DNA of 64,000 bases from the human T2T-CHM13v2.0 reference genome, Homo sapiens. A program made the position numbers and the translations under genes. The stretch is taken from the NCBI RefSeq assembly GCF_009914755.1, contig NC_060930.1. One strand, 5' to 3'. Of the stretch, positions 16,401 through 34,564 are shown piece after piece. Positions within the stretch are counted from its first letter, which is position 1; each line of letters begins with the position of its first letter. Under the pieces are notes generated by a model, which was given only the letters and a program-made list of their open reading frames with translations, searched no databases and was not told the DNA's origin.

Positions 16401-16812
16401 AATACATATTTTCAAAATTCCTTTTTTTCACTTCACAGTATATGGATATGTCTGTCTTTACAAGTCAGTTCATATACGCCTTTTTAATTTCCATTTTAAT
16501 AGTTGTCTGGTATTTCACATTATGATATAACAAAATATATTTATCCATTCTTCTATTGATAAGCCTTTATACTGATTTTTCTTATTTTTTGTTTTGCTAT
16601 CACAAAAAAACTAAAATAAACATTTTTAATTATACCTGTAACTACTCACTTGTCCTTATCTTTTTATAGGTCAGACTCCTGAAAACAGAATTGACTGGTC
16701 GTAGTATACATTTATCTAAAATTTTAGCAATTGTTCCAAAATTGTTCCTCAAAAGAGTCCAGATTTTTCTCTCATCAAAAGACATGGTAGATTCATTAAG
16801 AATGAATATCAA

Positions 16813-17147
<335 letters not shown>

Positions 17148-18496
17148 TTAGCTGGGTTTAAAAGGTCCTCTCCAAAACAGCAGCAAGACCTCTTCTGTGA
17201 TAGTTAAAGTATAGATATTCAGTATTGCTGGTGAAGGCATCTTTCTTTTTAAACACTTTTAACTAGAAATAACAGAGAGGAACTAACATGCTGAGAAGCT
17301 TTCTGACACTTTTGCTAGCAGATTCTTAGGGGAATGTGGTTCACTAGGTCTCAAAATATAAAGCACATGTTTGCAATTCAGAAACACTTGCAAACTGGGT
17401 ATAGCTGTATACTCAACAAGGACTTCTCAAAATAAATGATTACTCGAGTTTGTATATACCTACAAACTGATACATATGTCATCTATGTGAATTTTGGTGT
17501 AAAATGGTTAAACCCTCTTGCTGCTGCCAAAGGAGGTGTATTTTAATCGTATTCCAAAGAAAGTATGATGGTGTCACCCACCAGGAAATGTCTGTTAGTT
17601 TACACCCCTGCTTCTAAAGAGAGTTTTGAAGTACTTCTCCATTGCCTCACCAAATTCCCATACTTTGTAGAATTGTGCAGAAAAAAAACAGAATGGGAAC
17701 AAAATGTTTGATAGGAATTACTTAACAAAGACTATATGCTGAGTAAGTATATTAGCAAAAACTAAGATCTTTCTGCCTTATTAATAAGAAGGAAGAAGTG
17801 AACTGAACCCCACGTAAGGAGACACTGGGAAATGAGAAATGCAGGCCATCCCAGCTCAGAACTTAGAAACTTTGCCACTAGATTCAGGTTTATCAGTGAT
17901 TTTGTTTTTATTGAGAAAGAACTAACTAAAAGCAGAATTCAAGGTACAGGATTTCTAGTTGAAATGTATGTATTTGGGGCTAAATTAACACTAGAGTGAA
18001 AACTGAATTGCTTACAATTTGTCAAGATTTCTTTGTTCTTAATCCAAAATGTGTTTTTAGCTTTCATCTCAGCTCCAAAGCACATAACTGCTAAACAATT
18101 TCCATATGGAAGCCATTGCGTTAAGAGTTCTGGACAAAATAATGATACATGGTTGCCTTAAAGGAGTTTACTGTACAGTTGGAAAGATAGGCATGCAGAT
18201 ACAAAGATATAACACAAGGTCCTATAAAAATCTATAGCTCATTGTTTGCAGAGATTTTTCATGCATTCTACATTTAATAGAATCTCTATTCTACAAACAA
18301 TATAAAGCTGTAATTAACCCTTTAAAGCTATTTGCCAAAGTAAATGTAAGTAATTACATTGCTTTACTTAATTTTTAAAGTAGCAAAGAAAACTCTTCCA
18401 ACTAAGTGGATTCATCTTGTTCATTGTACCTCCAGCATTTATCACGACACTTGTTATAGTAAGGATTCACTATTCCTCATAAATATATAATATATA

Positions 18497-19040
18497 CAGT
18501 AATGGCACCACATAACAATGTTTTGGTTAACAATGAACCAATATGCAACAGTGGTCTCATGACATTATAATGAAGCTGAAAAATTACTATTGCCTAGTGG
18601 GCTAGTTATTATAACATCATAGAGCATAACCTATTCTAAGTTTAGATTTGTGTAGATACACAAATTGTGTAGTAATTGCCTACAGTATTCAGTCACATGC
18701 TGAACAGGTTTTTAGCCTAGAGGCAATAGGCTATAGCATATAATCCGGTTGTGTAGTAGACTATGCCATCTAGGTTTATAAAGTAGTTACATAAAGCCTA
18801 GATGGCATAGCTGACTACACAGTGTACTTACATAGCCTACTACACAGTGCCCTAAAGTTTATGTAAATACACTGTACTTATATAACCTACTACACACTGT
18901 ACTTTCATAACCTACTATACAGTATACTTACAGTTTATAGTACTTAGTACACTGTACTTACATACTATGCCTAAAGATATATAATCCCCTAAGGTTACAT
19001 TTCTTAGAAGAAATCCCTGTCATTAGGTGACACATGAATA
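18497..19040 (+). mobile_element. Tigger3 (Golem)-derived DNA transposon with internal rearrangement
   Basis: Left end after TA (cagtaatggcaccacataacaatgttttggttaacaatgaacc); right end ccctgtcattaggtgacacatga; an internal inversion and short tandem repeats. Confidence 0.85.
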
Positions 19041-19199
19041 AAATTATTATTTGTCAATTCCATGAAAATTTTAAAAGATTAGTGGAAATAATTTTTAAAA
19101 TTCAGACTAATGTATAAAAACATAAAATAGAAGATAAAGATGACACAAAATTCAACCAGCTTTGTAAACAATCTAAAAGTACATTGTTTTGCTCAGATT

Positions 19200-20160
19200 T
19201 GTGATGGCATTCTTAGAAAATTATTGTAATTGGAATTGCTATGTTTGAAGTATATTTTCATGTTGCACTGCAATACTACTCTCAAAAAAGCTGACATTGC
19301 TTTACACTTCATTCACAAGTATATGAAATTCCTATTTCCCCAAAATGACCCAGAACTTTGTCAATGCTTCCTTTTTGGTCAACCTGATATGTGACAAATA
19401 ATCTTGCATTGCTATTTTCACTTGCATTCCTGTGATTACAAAATAAAGCATTTTCTGTTCATTTTCCTTTAATACTTCTTTATGAATTGGCTCTTCTTGA
19501 AATTTTTCTCATGAATATGTAAGTTCTTTATACAGCACTATTATATAGTACCTTTTCCATCATATATTGCAGTTTTTTCTGTTCTGTGCATTTGCTTTTA
19601 ATGCCATACACTATATTACTTATTATCAATATATTTTATTATTTATGTAACAAACCAACAAAAATTTTCCTCTTAGTTTGTGATTTTGATGTCATTTCAA
19701 AGGCCATTAACAACCCAAGACAACATAATTATTTCTCTGTAATATTCCTAGTTTTATTTTTTTCTTTAAACTTCAACATATCAAGTGTTTTAATGTAAGC
19801 TTGAAGTATCACTTCAAATTTTTTTCCAAGCAGCACAGTTATTCTAATGTTATTTGATAAATAGGCTAATAGCCTTGAAATGCTACATTTTTAAGACCAA
19901 AAAAAATTGTAACTGTAATTTTTTTAGTTCTATGTTATTTATCATTATGTCTATTTTGACAGTAGTTCCACGGTTTTCATACTACGGTATCTTTATAATA
20001 TCTTTTGTATTATAATACTTTTTGTATTTGTATTTTGTTGAAAGCCTCCTCTCTTTTAGGTGAGCATTGCAGAGTTTCTGGACCATTCTTTCATGTTTAT
20101 TTATTCTGATAAATCTTAAAATGTTTTAACGAGGTATTTCTCTCCAAATCTTATTAGAAC
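19200..20160 (-). mobile_element. Highly decayed L1 (L1ME-like)
   Basis: ggaattgct...atatgaaattcctatttcccc...tgcattcctgtgattac, T-rich antisense L1 character. Confidence 0.5.
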
Positions 20161-20402
20161 TGGTTCTGCAATTCTCAGAATGTTGTTTACAATTCTCCAT
20201 GAGGTAGTTATTTTGCTCAATTTTATTTTAACATAATTTGAATAAGTATGGAAGTCTTTGCAAGAAAAAAAAGGAATAAGTAGAACAACAAATCTGAATG
20301 AGAAAATTCACAATGTCAAAAATCTTGTCAACAAAGACCCCTAGATCTTTTCTTTCCAGGGAGCCTTAGGGAAAACCAACAAAAATGAAAACAGTGCTTT
20401 TC

Positions 20403-20421
20403 AAACCACCAGAGGGCAGTG
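20403..20421 (+). promoter_or_regulatory. Candidate CTCF binding site
   Basis: CCACCAGAGGGCAG (20406-20419) fits the CTCF core CCASYAGRKGGCRS; CAGTGC at 20392-20397 resembles the upstream motif. Confidence 0.6.
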
Positions 20422-21399
20422 CACTCAAAATAATGGATATCAGCAATCCTGAACTAAAGCCCAAAGTTTCCCTTCTCTTAAAGATAAAATTTACATAACA
20501 ATAGACTCTTGGTTCATTTTAAACTCTGAAATAATTACAGTCCTTAAATCTGATATTAGCAATATGACATTTATTTATAATACTTAGAGAATATTCACAG
20601 AAATATAGTCACCACTGAATTTTTCCATATTAATATTATAGTCTGCCTGCCCAACCACTTTGCTAAAGATCTACATAAAACCTTAAGGTGTTCTGTATGA
20701 ATGAGAATTCCTTGAAAACAGGAATTGTGCTTTCTCACCAGTCGTTTCTTCTGTACATGGACAGGACTCAGTTTATTGTAATAACTCAATATCTAATGAA
20801 TAAAAAACAAAATAAATGATTTGTAGTCTCGGCCCTACTCAATTTCTGCATTAATTCAAATGAAACCTGCATTACACTATGAGCTATTGCTACCCTTAGG
20901 CAAGTGGGTTCTCTGCCCTGAGCCCTGCACTTCATCTGGGCCTCTTCCAGCAACAACCCTTCTCCCTCTGGCCAGGATTACTCTCCTTCCCATGGGCAAT
21001 GCAATAGGGCTACCTTTCACATCATACTCTGGGTGTCTCAGACACAGATTCACTGAAGCCCCTGTGTAGTTCTACTTCTCTAGGCCCATCTTACCCAGAG
21101 TAGATTATGTAATGGGTGTGCACAGGGCAGACCCAAAGAGTGGCTGAAGGGGTGCTATTTCTTTGGGCTGTGGACAGAATTTTATTGTGCAATCTGGGAT
21201 TTATGGACCAGACAGATTCAAGGAGAATTTTTTTCTCTTTCTTCCTTATGTTTCTGGGTCATATAATTTTTAACAATAATTACCTATTACTTGTATTGTT
21301 TTTAAAACACAGAGAGAAAGGTGTAGAAGTAAAATCCACTTCACTTGGGGACAGATTGGATCTACAGAATGATGGGACAACTGACCTTGTATATCTTTC

Positions 21400-22020
21400 T
21401 GGCATGGGGACTGGTTAAACAACACTATCATCAAATGAAATTTGCAATTCTAGAAAAGGAATAGATTTATGCACATGGCATAAGAATGCTAAATTCTGTG
21501 AAGAACAAGTTGTATTGAAGACCTGTGTAATATCTATGTGCAACTATCTAGAAAGCAGTCAGAAATTTTTGTGGAGATCTCAAAAGGAAGGTTTTGACTA
21601 GATCATGCATTTTTGAGAGGGGTCTATGTATAGCTAACAAGCAAAAAATCTACTGAGAAAAAGTGTAGAAGATACAAAAAGAATAAGACCAAAGTCAGTA
21701 CCATTTTAGAATAAGAGAGAAGAAAATGACATGTTAGAATAAGAGAGAAGAAAATGACAAAGAGCATTCACTCAGGAGAAGGATCAGAAAAGCAGAAACA
21801 AAGGAAAAGTTTCAACAAATACAAAGACTTCTTGATGTCAAATGGAACAGAAAAATCATATACAATACATTCTTGCAAGCACTGTCTGGATTTGTTCATC
21901 AGGAGGTCACATGTGACCTTGGAGATAGTCATGTCAGTGAACTGTCAGAGTGAAGTCAGAGAGCTGTAGGCAGAAAAAGGAAAGAGAGGTAGAGAAATAA
22001 AGCTAATGGAAGGTCTACCT
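21400..22020 (-). mobile_element. L2 fragment containing a 26-bp direct duplication
   Basis: L2 motifs (ctggatttg...aggaggtca..tgtgaccttggaga); ttagaataagagagaagaaaatgaca at 21706-21731 and 21734-21759. Confidence 0.55.
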
Positions 22021-24341
22021 TTTCAAGACTTCTTCCCTGGAGATGATAAGGAGAGAAAGAGTGCAATACCTTCCAGCTTGATGGAAGAGGCTACTTTCAG
22101 AAGAAGCTGTAGGTTAATAATAAGCAAATCTGAAAAAAATGTCACCTGAAAAACTGCTCCCATTGGAAACACAAATGCAACCTCTATCTCTGCTATTTTT
22201 CTGTTCTTGACTCCCATCCAGCAACATCCATCATCAAGTGGTATCAATTAGAAATCAAAGATTAAAATAAAAGAACTAATTCCTGTCAACAAGGTAGAGT
22301 TTCTCTTCCATGAAGATTAACAATAATCTTTTATTCATCATCTTTTGATCATTTTCTTGGAATGTAACTCTGGTAATTGAAATCTCAATTTATTAACAAG
22401 ACAATAGACAACAGGGTTCTAAGCAGTAAGTAGTAAGCTGATACGCAAATTTGCTAATGCAGAATCAGAAGCTAGTATAAGAATCCTTAAGGAAGTCAAA
22501 AAAAATGTAGGCTGACTAAAGTGTTTTAGTTTCCTTTGGCATTTTCATCTTGGCTTTAACTTCTCTTCTTACAACTAAATTTGTAAGTAATGAAGATTTA
22601 GTATTGATTTGTGCCAGCATGGATTTTCATGGATTTATTATTGGTCTAATTCAAACACCACTTCTTGGCTCTTACCAGAGTCACTTTCCTCTGGCATATA
22701 CTGCAGACTTCCCCTGCCCTGCTCCTCATTGTTCTCTTCTCTCACACCCAGCTTGAACCATCAGCCATTGCTAATTGAGCAGTTTACATCTTGCCGCTGA
22801 GTGGACACTGCTGTCTTTATGTAGATGTCCACAGGAAACAAGGCTGTGAACTAAATCTGATACATTTTAAAGTCCAAGAAAGGAACCCTAAGAAATTGAA
22901 TCCCATTCCCTTCTTAACTGTTTCAAGCACTCTCCAAAACAACGCCTTTCTGAGCTCTTCTGTGAGACTCTCCACTCTACTTTTTGAAACTCCATTTGCT
23001 TCTCATGATATCCCACCACCCTCTCTACCCACGCCCATCCTTCTAGCACAGTGCCCTAAATCCGATTCATTCCATCCATTTAATACTCTGGGGCTGGGGA
23101 CCAAGGGACAGTCAACAATATGACTAATGAGGAACATGACCCTCCTTTCCCAAAATAAATGCTATGTGAGTTGGGGAAAAGGAAAGTGGGTACTACAAGC
23201 CTCACAGGGCCCTTAGAATGCTTTGGGTTCCCAGCTGCAGGAAGACCTCAAAGGACACACCTCTAGAGGACAAAGAAAAATTGTCAGACAGCATAGCTTG
23301 AACCCATAAGGAAGCATGAAATAGTTTCCCAGCTGCCTCCAAGCTGCTTCGTAATTTGGGAGGCACCTCTGCCTCCTCTGATACAGTGAGTCACAAGATT
23401 AAATAGAGCAGTAATTGTACGTCTCAAGGGTGGATCCCTTAAGAAAAAATAAGTTTGGAGATAATTGTTCTACCAAGTCCTTAATAAACTTCTTTGCCAA
23501 ATACCCTTGTTCTCAATTTCCATTGGCGGGGGGTGGGGCAGAAGGGGGTGGTTTATGCTCCACTGACTTCTGCTTATTTCATTTAGGAAGAAAATCCAAA
23601 ATTCATTGTGATGTGATGCCCAGGATACCAACTGACCCATTTGACAGTCTTGATGAGCCATCTGTTTTTGTTGTAGCCAAAATCTTCTCATCACAGCATC
23701 CTATGGTGAGCAAGAGATACGTTTTTAGATGTTATCCTTGTGCATTTATACAGTACCTGTGATATGATTCAAGGTATCCTAAAGGGATTACCAACACTTG
23801 TTCAGTTATTCATTTAACCAAACTATTTGACTGTCTTGCTGTAGTCATGGGAATTGTGACTGATATTGGGAATATCACATTGAATAAGACGTGGGTTCCT
23901 GCCTAGGAGCTTACAGAAAGTAAATAATTAGCCCTGAAATAGTGTGACTAGTGCTGTGATAGAATGAGGCAAAAGGAGCGACGGGGAAAGAAAGGAAACA
24001 CACTTGAAGAAATCAGAGATAGCTTCTAGAAGGAACTATCACTAAAGCTTGGCAGGCATACCAAAAAGGAGTAAGCATTATTGTAGCCCAGAAAAAACAA
24101 AAGTATATTCTAGTAGTGGGATCAGCCAAGGAAGATAAAAGCCTCAGATAACCTGGTTAGAGAATTTAAAAAGGCTTATTATGACTAGAATGCAAGGTTT
24201 AATGTAAGTAATTTTACTTTCATCAAACAAATTCAGAATGTGTGGCAGAGATGTTTATTTTGTTTAAGGAAGAAAGTGGTGGAATCTTCAATAGAATTAT
24301 TGTATTTGATCCGTTAAGTTCAGAAATTTTAGCATATATAG

Positions 24342-24716
24342 TTTATTAGTGTGTTTTCACACTGCTATGAAGACACTACCCAAGACTTGGTAATTGACAA
24401 AGAAAAGAGGTTTAATTGACTCACAGTTCCACATGGCTGGCAAGGCCTCAGGAAACTTACAATCATGGAGGAAGGGAAAGCAGGCACATCTTACATGGCA
24501 GCAGGCAAGAGAGAGAATGTCAAGGAAGAACTGTCAAACACTTATAAAACCGTCAGATCTCATGAGAACTCACTCACTATCATGAGAACAGCATGAGGGA
24601 AACTGCTCCTTATGATCCAATCACCTCCCACCATGTCCTTCCCTGAACACATGGGGATTATGGAGATTACAATTTGAGATGAGATTTGGGTGGGGACACA
24701 GAACCAAATCATATCA
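24342..24716 (-). mobile_element. THE1D-like MaLR solo LTR
   Basis: Complete LTR from t(t)tattagt to ccaaatcatatca with 5-bp TSD TATAG on both sides. Confidence 0.93.
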
Positions 24717-24789
24717 TATAGTTTGGGGATTTGGGCTGCTGGCGCTCAGAAACCCTCAAAATTCATTTTCTGAATTACGAGAACTTTTC

Positions 24790-25210
24790 TTTATAAACTT
24801 TTTATTTTAGAATAATTGTAGATTTACAGAAAAGTGCAAGATTGTACAGAGAGTTCTCACATACGCTACACTCAGTTTTCCCTATTATTAACACCTTGCA
24901 ATAGTATCATATATTTGTTACGATTAAAGATCCTAAATTGATATTACTAAGTAAAGTCCATACTTTATTCAGATTTCCTTAGTTTTTATCTAATGTCCTG
25001 TTCTGTTCCAGGATCTTGTCCAGGATACCACATTACATTTATTTGTCATGTGCTTCTGGGCTCTGAGTGTCTCAGATTTTACATGGTTTTGATGACCTTG
25101 ACAGTTTTGAGAAGTAGTTGTCAGGTATTTTGTAAAATCTGCCACAGTTTGGGTTTGTCTGATGTTTTTCTCATGATTAATCTGAGGTTATGGGTTTGTG
25201 GGAGGATGTA
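24790..25210 (-). mobile_element. L1MC-like 3' end
   Basis: tttattttagaataattgtagatttacagaaaagt...tacagagagttctcacata; ccaggatcttgtccaggataccacattacattt. Confidence 0.75.
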
Positions 25211-26364
25211 TAAACTCTTAAGCAGAAAACTGCATAGGTGTAAGGGAAGGCTGTCCTTAGGCAAAATTGAAAAGTGGGTACAGTTCCCACTAGACAACCA
25301 TTTCCCCACTACATCCATGCACATTTTCTCTCCACTTCCCCAGCCTCCAACATGCAGTGCTGTCTCTTGTCCATTTCTCCATGCCTCTCAGGTTCTTCCC
25401 TAAGGAACGCTTCCTCTACCTTTCCCTCACTGTCTGCATTGGGGCTCACTAGCTCACTTAAGAGCCTATATTATGCCTCCCTCAATCCCCAGAGCTATTA
25501 CACATGCTACTCTTTACCTAGAAATTTCTCCGGAATATTCCCTACACCTCTAAATGGCCACTCCATTCCATTCTACACCCCTATTGACCTCCCTTTCATA
25601 CTTCCTGTCTCAGACAAACATCACCTTCCCGAGGAAGACCATCTATCCCTTGGCCACACCTTGCCTCTTGGAAAGTCAGATCCTTCTACTCTTAGGGAAG
25701 CTTGAGCTGTATTTTCATAGTATTTGTCTCAGGTTCTGATCAGATGCTCATGTGATTCTGTGATTAATGCCTACTTTGTCCTATTATTTGTAAACTGTAT
25801 GAGGGCAGAAAATATTTCTATTTTTTCAAACCGAATATTGTCGGTGCTTTGCACAGGCCCTGACAGCCATTAGACATGCACTGCATATCAGTTAGAGGGA
25901 GGAAAGGAGAGATAAAGACAATAGAAAACACCAGCTTGGTTCTCTGACTTGATTAATCTGCGTTCTGGGATCTTAAAGACTATAGCAGTGTAACTTCAGT
26001 TTTCTGTGAGCATGGTAAGAAGCATTCCAAGGTAAAGTATGGAGGGCATGCTTTAAAAGAGCAAAGTTACCACCCTATGAAACAAAATATGGGGTGATAA
26101 CACCTGTAGTAATAAGAAAATGTTTTTGCATTAGCACATGCCATTCCACCTTATGAGACACAGGACATCCTCAGACTAACAGCCTCTCTGTATCTTAAAC
26201 TATCTCAAACACTAAGAGTTACCTCTTAGGATTCATGGAAATTAAAACACATTAAAGATGTTCATTGTGGTGAGTAACATATTCTGATTATCAGAGGCCA
26301 TTAGAACAACTCTGCCTATAGCCAGTAACTTCCAAATTGACCTTCCACTAAAAATCACAAATTT

Positions 26365-26512
26365 ACACACACACACACATATACACACATATATATCTAT
26401 ATAAATACATATATACACATATATATCTATATATATACACATATATATATCTATATATACATATATACACATATATATCTATATATATACACATATACAA
26501 ACATATATATAT
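26365..26512. repeat. Compound (CA)n / (TA)-rich microsatellite
   Basis: (CA)n followed by about five atatatacacatatatatct-type units. Confidence 0.92.
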
Positions 26513-27499
26513 AAAATATAAAGCAGCAGGGGAATCAGCATTAAATCCTTTTTTTGGAATCTTAAAGGATATAAGTAAATATATAAATAGTGGGGAATAG
26601 AATTCATTTTTATGTATTAAAATGCTCAACAAGTAATAAAACATAAACAACGTTTATGTCAGAAATGAATAACATCCAAAATGTTTTTTCATTTTTAATT
26701 TTGTGGGTACTTAAGAGGTATATGTATTTATGAGGTATATGGGATAATTTGACACAGGAATACATTGTCTAACAATCACATCAAGGTAATTGTGTATCCA
26801 TCACCTCAAGCATTTGTCATTTATTTGTGTTAGAAACATTCCAAATATACTCTTTAGTTACTTTTAAATGTATATTTAACTTATTATTGAATATAGTCAC
26901 CCTGTTATGTTATCAAATACTGGGCCTTAGTCATTCATATTTTTGAACCCATTGATCGTCCCCACTTCCCCCAAACCCCCAGTCATCTTTTCCAGTCTCT
27001 GGTAACCATCATTCTACTTTCTATCTCCATGAACTCAGTTCTTTCCATTTTTAGCTCTCACAAATGAGAGAGAACATGCAATGTTTGTTTTTCTGTGCCT
27101 GGCTTATTTCGCTTGATATAATGACCTCCAGTTCCTTCCATGTTGTTGCAAATAACAGGATTGCATTCTCTTTATGGCTGAATAGTACTCCCTTGTGTGT
27201 ATGTACCACATTTTCTTTATCCATTTGTCTGCTAATGGACATTTAGCTTGCTTCAAAATCTTAGCTATTGTGAATAGTACAACAGTAAATATGGGAGTAC
27301 AGATAGCTCTTCAATATACTGATGTGCTTACTTTTGGAGAGATACCTAGCAGTAGGATTGCTGGATCATATGACAGTTACACTTTTAGTTTTTTTGAGAA
27401 AAATCCAAACTATTCTCTATAGTGGTTATACTAATTTACTTTCCCACCAACGGTGTACAAGGGTCCCCTTTTCTCCACACCTCAGCAGTATTTGTTATT

Positions 27500-31450
<3,951 letters not shown>

Positions 31451-32092
31451 ATCAAGGAGAAAAGTAATAAAAACTCTACACTTTAACTTTGTCCCCCTGC
31501 TTTTTAGCTTTTTATTGTTTCTGTTTATATCTTGTGCAGACTTGAAAAGTTGTTGTAGTTATTATTTTTGATAAGTTCATCTTTTAGTCTTTCTACTTAA
31601 GATATGAGTAGTTTACACACCACAATTACAGTGTTATAATATTCTCTGTTTTTCTATGTATGTATTATTAACAGTGCGTTTTCTATTCTCATATGATTTC
31701 TTTTTGTTTGTTAACATCCTTTTTGTTCAGATTGAAGAAATCCATTTAGCATTTCTCGTAGGACTGGTCTGGTGTTCATGAAATCCCTCAACTTTTGCTT
31801 GTCTGGGAAAGTCTTTATTTTTCTTTCACATTTGAAGGATACTGTCACTGGATATACTATTCTAGGATTAAAAGGGCTTTTTTATCAGCACTTTGAATAT
31901 GACATGCCACTCTCTCCTGGCCTTTGAGGTTTGCACTGAAAAGTCTGCTACCAGGTGTGTTGAAGCTCCATTGTATGTTATTTGTTTCTTTTATCTTGCT
32001 GCTTTTAGGATGCTTTCTTTATCTTGACCTTTGGGAGTTTGATTATTAAATGTCTTGAGGTATTCTTCTTTGGGTTAAATCTGCTTGCTGTT

Positions 32093-34564
32093 TGTATTAG
32101 TCCATTCTCACATTGCTGTAAAGAACTACTGGAGTCTGGGTAATTTGTGAGAAAAAGATGTTTAATTGACTTATAGTTCTGCAGGCTATACAGAAAGTAT
32201 GGCTTGAAGGCCTCAGGAGACATAATCATGGTGGAAAGTGAGAGGGAAGCAATCACATCTTACTATGGCAGAGCTGGAGAGAGAGAGAGAGAGTGAAGAG
32301 GGAAGTGCCACACACTTTTAAACTATCAGATCTCATGATAACTCACTGACTATAATAAGAACAGCAAAGGGGAAATCCACCCCCATGATCCAATCTCCTC
32401 CCACCAGGTCCCTCCCACAACATTGGGAATTACAATTCAACATGAGATTTGGGTGGAGACACAGAGACAAACTATATCACTGTTCTATAACCTTCTTGTA
32501 TTTGAAAATTTATATGTTCCTCTAGATTTGGGAAGTAGTCACAGAGACAAACCATGCCATTTCTCCCCTGGCCCCTCCCAAATCTCATATCTTTCTCACA
32601 TTTCAAAACACAATCATGCTTTCCCAACAGTCCCCCAAAGTCTTAACTCATTCAAGCATTAACCCAAAAGTCCAAGTCCAAAGTCTCATCTGAAACAAGG
32701 CAAGTCCCTTCTGCCTAAAAGCCTGTGAAATAAAAAACAAGCTCATTACTTCCAAGATACAATGGAGGTACAGGCATCAGGTAAATGCCTCCATTCCAAA
32801 AGAGAGAAATTGGCCAAAACAAAGGGGCCACAGGCCCCATGCAAGTCTGAAATCCAGCTGGGCAGTGATTAAATCTTAAAGCTCTGAAGTCTCCTTTGAC
32901 TCCATGTCTCACATCCAAGGCACACTGATGTAAAAGGTGGACTCCCAAGGCCTTGGATAGTTCTGCCTCTGTGGCTCTACAGAGTACAGCCCCCATGGCA
33001 ACTTCCACAGTCTGGCATTGAGTGACTGTGGCTTTTCCAGGTGCATGGTGCAAGCTGTCAGTGGATCTAACATTCTGGAATCTGGAGCACAATGGGCCTC
33101 TTCTCACAGCCCCACTAGGCAGTGCCCCAGTGGAGACCCTGTGTGAAGGCTCCAGCCCCACATTTTTTCCTCCACACTGCCCTAGTAGCGGTTCACCATG
33201 AGGGCTCCACTCCTGCAGCAGACTTCTGCCTAGACATCCACAGATTTCCATACATCCTCTGAAATTGAGGCAGAGGTTCCAAAGTCTCAACTCTTGCCTT
33301 CTATGTACGTGCAGACCCAACACTACATGGAAGCCATGTAGTGTTTGCACCCCCTGAAGCCACAGCCTGAGCTCTATCTTGTCCCCTTTTAGCCACAGCT
33401 GGAGCTGGGGAAGCTAGGACACAGTATGCCATGTCCCAAGTCTGAAGAGAGCAGAGGAGACCTGGGCCTGGCCTATAAAATCATTTTTCCCTCCAAGGCA
33501 TCTGGGCATGTGATAGGAGGAGCTGCTGTGAAGGTCTCTGAAATGCCCTGGAGACATTTTCCCTTTCACCTTGGCTATTAACATTTGGCTCCTCTTTACT
33601 TATGCAAATTTCTGCAGCTGTCTTGAATTTCTCCTCAGAAAATGGGATTTTCTTTTCTATTACACCATCAGCCTGCAAATTTTCCAAACTTTTATGTTCT
33701 GCTTCCCTTTTACATATAAGTTCCAGTTTGGAATAATCTCTTTTTCATGCATATGAGTTTACGTTTTTAGAAACAGCCAGGTTACATCTTGAATGCTTTG
33801 CTGCTTAAAAATATCCTCTGCCAGATACCCTAAATCATCTCCCTCAAATTAAAAGTTCCACAGATCTCTAGGGCAGGGGGAAAATGCCACCAGTCTCTTT
33901 GCTAAAGCATAGCAAGAGTGATCTTTACTCTAGTTCCCAATAAGTTCCTCATTTCCATCTGAGACCCTCCCTCTGCCTTGACTTCATTGTCCATATTACT
34001 ATCAGTATTTTGGTCAAAACCATTCAATAATTCTCTAGGATGTTCTAAACTTTTCCTCATCTTCCTGTCTTCTTCAGAGCCCTCCAAACTGTTCCAACCT
34101 CACCCGTTACACAGTTCCAAATTTGCTTCCATGTTTTTCAGATAACTTTATATCAATACCTCACTCCAGGTACCAATTTTCTGTATTATTTAATTCTTAC
34201 ACTGCTATAAAGAACTACCTGTGACTGGGTGATTTATGAAGAAAAGAGATTTAATTGACTCACAGTTCTGCAGGCTGTACAGGAAGTACGGCTGGGAGGC
34301 CACAGGAAACATACAATTATGGCAGAAGGTGAAGGGGAAGCTAGCACGTCTTACCATGTTACAGCAGGAGAGAGAAAGAGAGCTAAAGGGGAAAGGCCAG
34401 ACACTTTTAAACCATCAGATCTCATGAGAACTCACTATCACAAGAACAGCAAGGGGGAGATCTGCCTCCATGATCCAATCACCTTGCACCAGGTCCCTCC
34501 CGCAACATTGGGAATTACAATTCAACATGAGATTTGGGTGGAGACACAGAGACAAACTATATCA
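32093..34564 (-). mobile_element. MSTA MaLR provirus (LTR-internal-LTR) inside L1 ORF1
   Basis: LTRs at 32093-32479 and 34182-34564; MST internal region 32560-34181; TSD ctgtt (32088-32092) / ctgct (34565-34569). Confidence 0.93.

Noticed and set aside
26242-26650. Y/I/C-rich ORFs
   Set aside because: Translations of the TA/CA microsatellite.
32715-33350. 211-aa minus-strand ORF
   Set aside because: Lies within the MST internal region; a chance open frame in a decayed MaLR.
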